Assembly: GCA_046760225.1 (NCBI GenBank)
Contig: JBHIDR010000035.1
Coordinates: forward strand, 1 to 6,706
Direction of reading: 5' to 3'
DNA from: Candidatus Aenigmatarchaeota archaeon
GTDB taxonomy: Archaea; Aenigmatarchaeota; Aenigmatarchaeia; Aenigmatarchaeales; JACQIB01
Length of the DNA stretch: 6,706 nucleotides
Positions 5,889 to 6,706 of the stretch are shown piece after piece. The notes under the pieces were generated by a model, which saw nothing but the letters and a program-made list of their open reading frames with translations, was not told the DNA's origin and made no database searches. Every line of letters starts with the position of its first letter. Position 1 is the stretch's first letter. The translations under genes were made by a program, and so were the position numbers.

Positions 5889-6706
5889 ATGCGAAGAACA
5901 GGCACTGCCAACCTTCCTCTACACTATGGCCATGCGCCGCGCTGGCTGTTTGAAAGAATGGTAAAGCTGAGTGGTGCAATATCTGAAGCCATAGTCCTAG
6001 AGTATGGTCCAGAGGAGCTATTGAAGAGACTAGCAGATCCCTTCTGGTTTCAATCATTTGCATGTGTAATCGGCTTCGATTACCACAGCTCGGGCACCAC
6101 TACAACTGCCTGCGGAGCACTGAAAATCGGGCTTCCAAAGGAACTGGGAATAAGCATTGCAGGCGGAAAAGGAAGAATCTCAAGGAAAGCGCCCCAGGAA
6201 ATAGCAAAAGCTGCCAAGATATATGGACTGGATGATGCCCTGCTTGTGCATGCAAGCAAAATGGCTGCAAAGGTGGACAGTGCGTGCGTTCAGGACAGTT
6301 ATTCCCTCTACCATCACTGCTTCTTCCTTGCAGAATCAGGTGAATGGGCTGTTGTGCAGCAAGGAATAGGGGATTCCTATGCAAGAAGATACCATTGGCT
6401 GAGCCAGGGAGTGAAAAGCTTTGTTGAAGAGCCGCACAGCGGCATAGCATGCGAGCACAAGAACAAGAATACGCTTGACCTGACAGCAGAGCTCAACAAG
6501 GAAATAAGGCAATACAGCATTGAGCTGGCAAAGGAGAGCCCTGTCAAGATAGAGAAGGCTGCATTAACTTTACCAAGGATGCACAAGACCCCTGTGGGAC
6601 CTGTAACACTGAGGAATCTGAGGAAAATCGCTGAAATACAGCCACAGAATTATGAGGAGCTAGTGGGTCTCAAGGGCATAGGAGCAGCATCCCTAAGGGC
6701 CCTTGC
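5889..6706 (+). CDS. DUF763 family protein, 3'-truncated by the window
   Basis: Missing from the ORF track because no stop occurs in the window. Manual translation from ATG 5889 is open to the end: MRRTGTANLPLHYGHAPRWLFERMVKL...RLADPFWFQSFACVIGFDYHSSGTTT...GGKG...AKVDSACVQDSYSLYHH...WAVVQQG...ARRYHW...FVEEPH...LKGIGAASLRAL, which are DUF763 signatures. Confidence 0.9.
   Translation, partial: MRRTGTANLPLHYGHAPRWLFERMVKLSGAISEAIVLEYGPEELLKRLADPFWFQSFACVIGFDYHSSGTTTTACGALKIGLPKELGISIAGGKGRISRKAPQEIAKAAKIYGLDDALLVHASKMAAKVDSACVQDSYSLYHHCFFLAESGEWAVVQQGIGDSYARRYHWLSQGVKSFVEEPHSGIACEHKNKNTLDLTAELNKEIRQYSIELAKESPVKIEKAALTLPRMHKTPVGPVTLRNLRKIAEIQPQNYEELVGLKGIGAASLRAL

Noticed and set aside
231..6586. 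Numerous overlapping antisense or alternative-frame ORFs (e.g. 231-542, 464-826, 1225-1536, 2106-2477, 3906-4328, 5156-5716, 5749-6063, 6100-6450)
   Set aside because: They are shadows of well-supported genes on the other strand or frame, and have no recognisable motifs.
5864..6706. Apparent gene-free or degraded region on the + strand in the ORF track
   Set aside because: It is an uninterrupted DUF763 reading frame from 5889 that runs off the window end.
3489..6706. Additional BHB micro-introns in the other conserved genes
   Set aside because: By eye, rpoF, DUF655, rsmA, the MGMT gene and DUF763 are collinear with their family motifs and show no evident insertions. A formal alignment would be needed to exclude very short in-frame ones.

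Overview
Archaeal chromosomal window, possibly a DPANN-type lineage (lineage is inference only). Gene order: PHP-domain phosphoesterase (5'-truncated), archease, an oppositely oriented HTH regulator, rtcB, a convergent hypothetical gene, eS26-like ribosomal protein, rpo4/rpoF, DUF655, rsmA/ksgA, a Zn-ribbon-MGMT fusion and DUF763 (3'-truncated). The main result is that rtcB, which looks broken in the ORF track (1330-1656 and 1695-2837), appears to be interrupted by two tiny tRNA-type bulge-helix-bulge (BHB) introns, 1544-1573 (30 nt) and 1646-1677 (32 nt). Cutting each at the canonical BHB positions restores the conserved motifs PDGHEGY-GFPIGG and PGGIGY-DINCGVR and gives a full 481-aa RtcB. 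The tRNA-splicing ligase mRNA would therefore need the splicing machinery, probably including RtcB itself, to be expressed. A perfect 9-1-9 palindrome lies between the divergent HTH and rtcB promoters.
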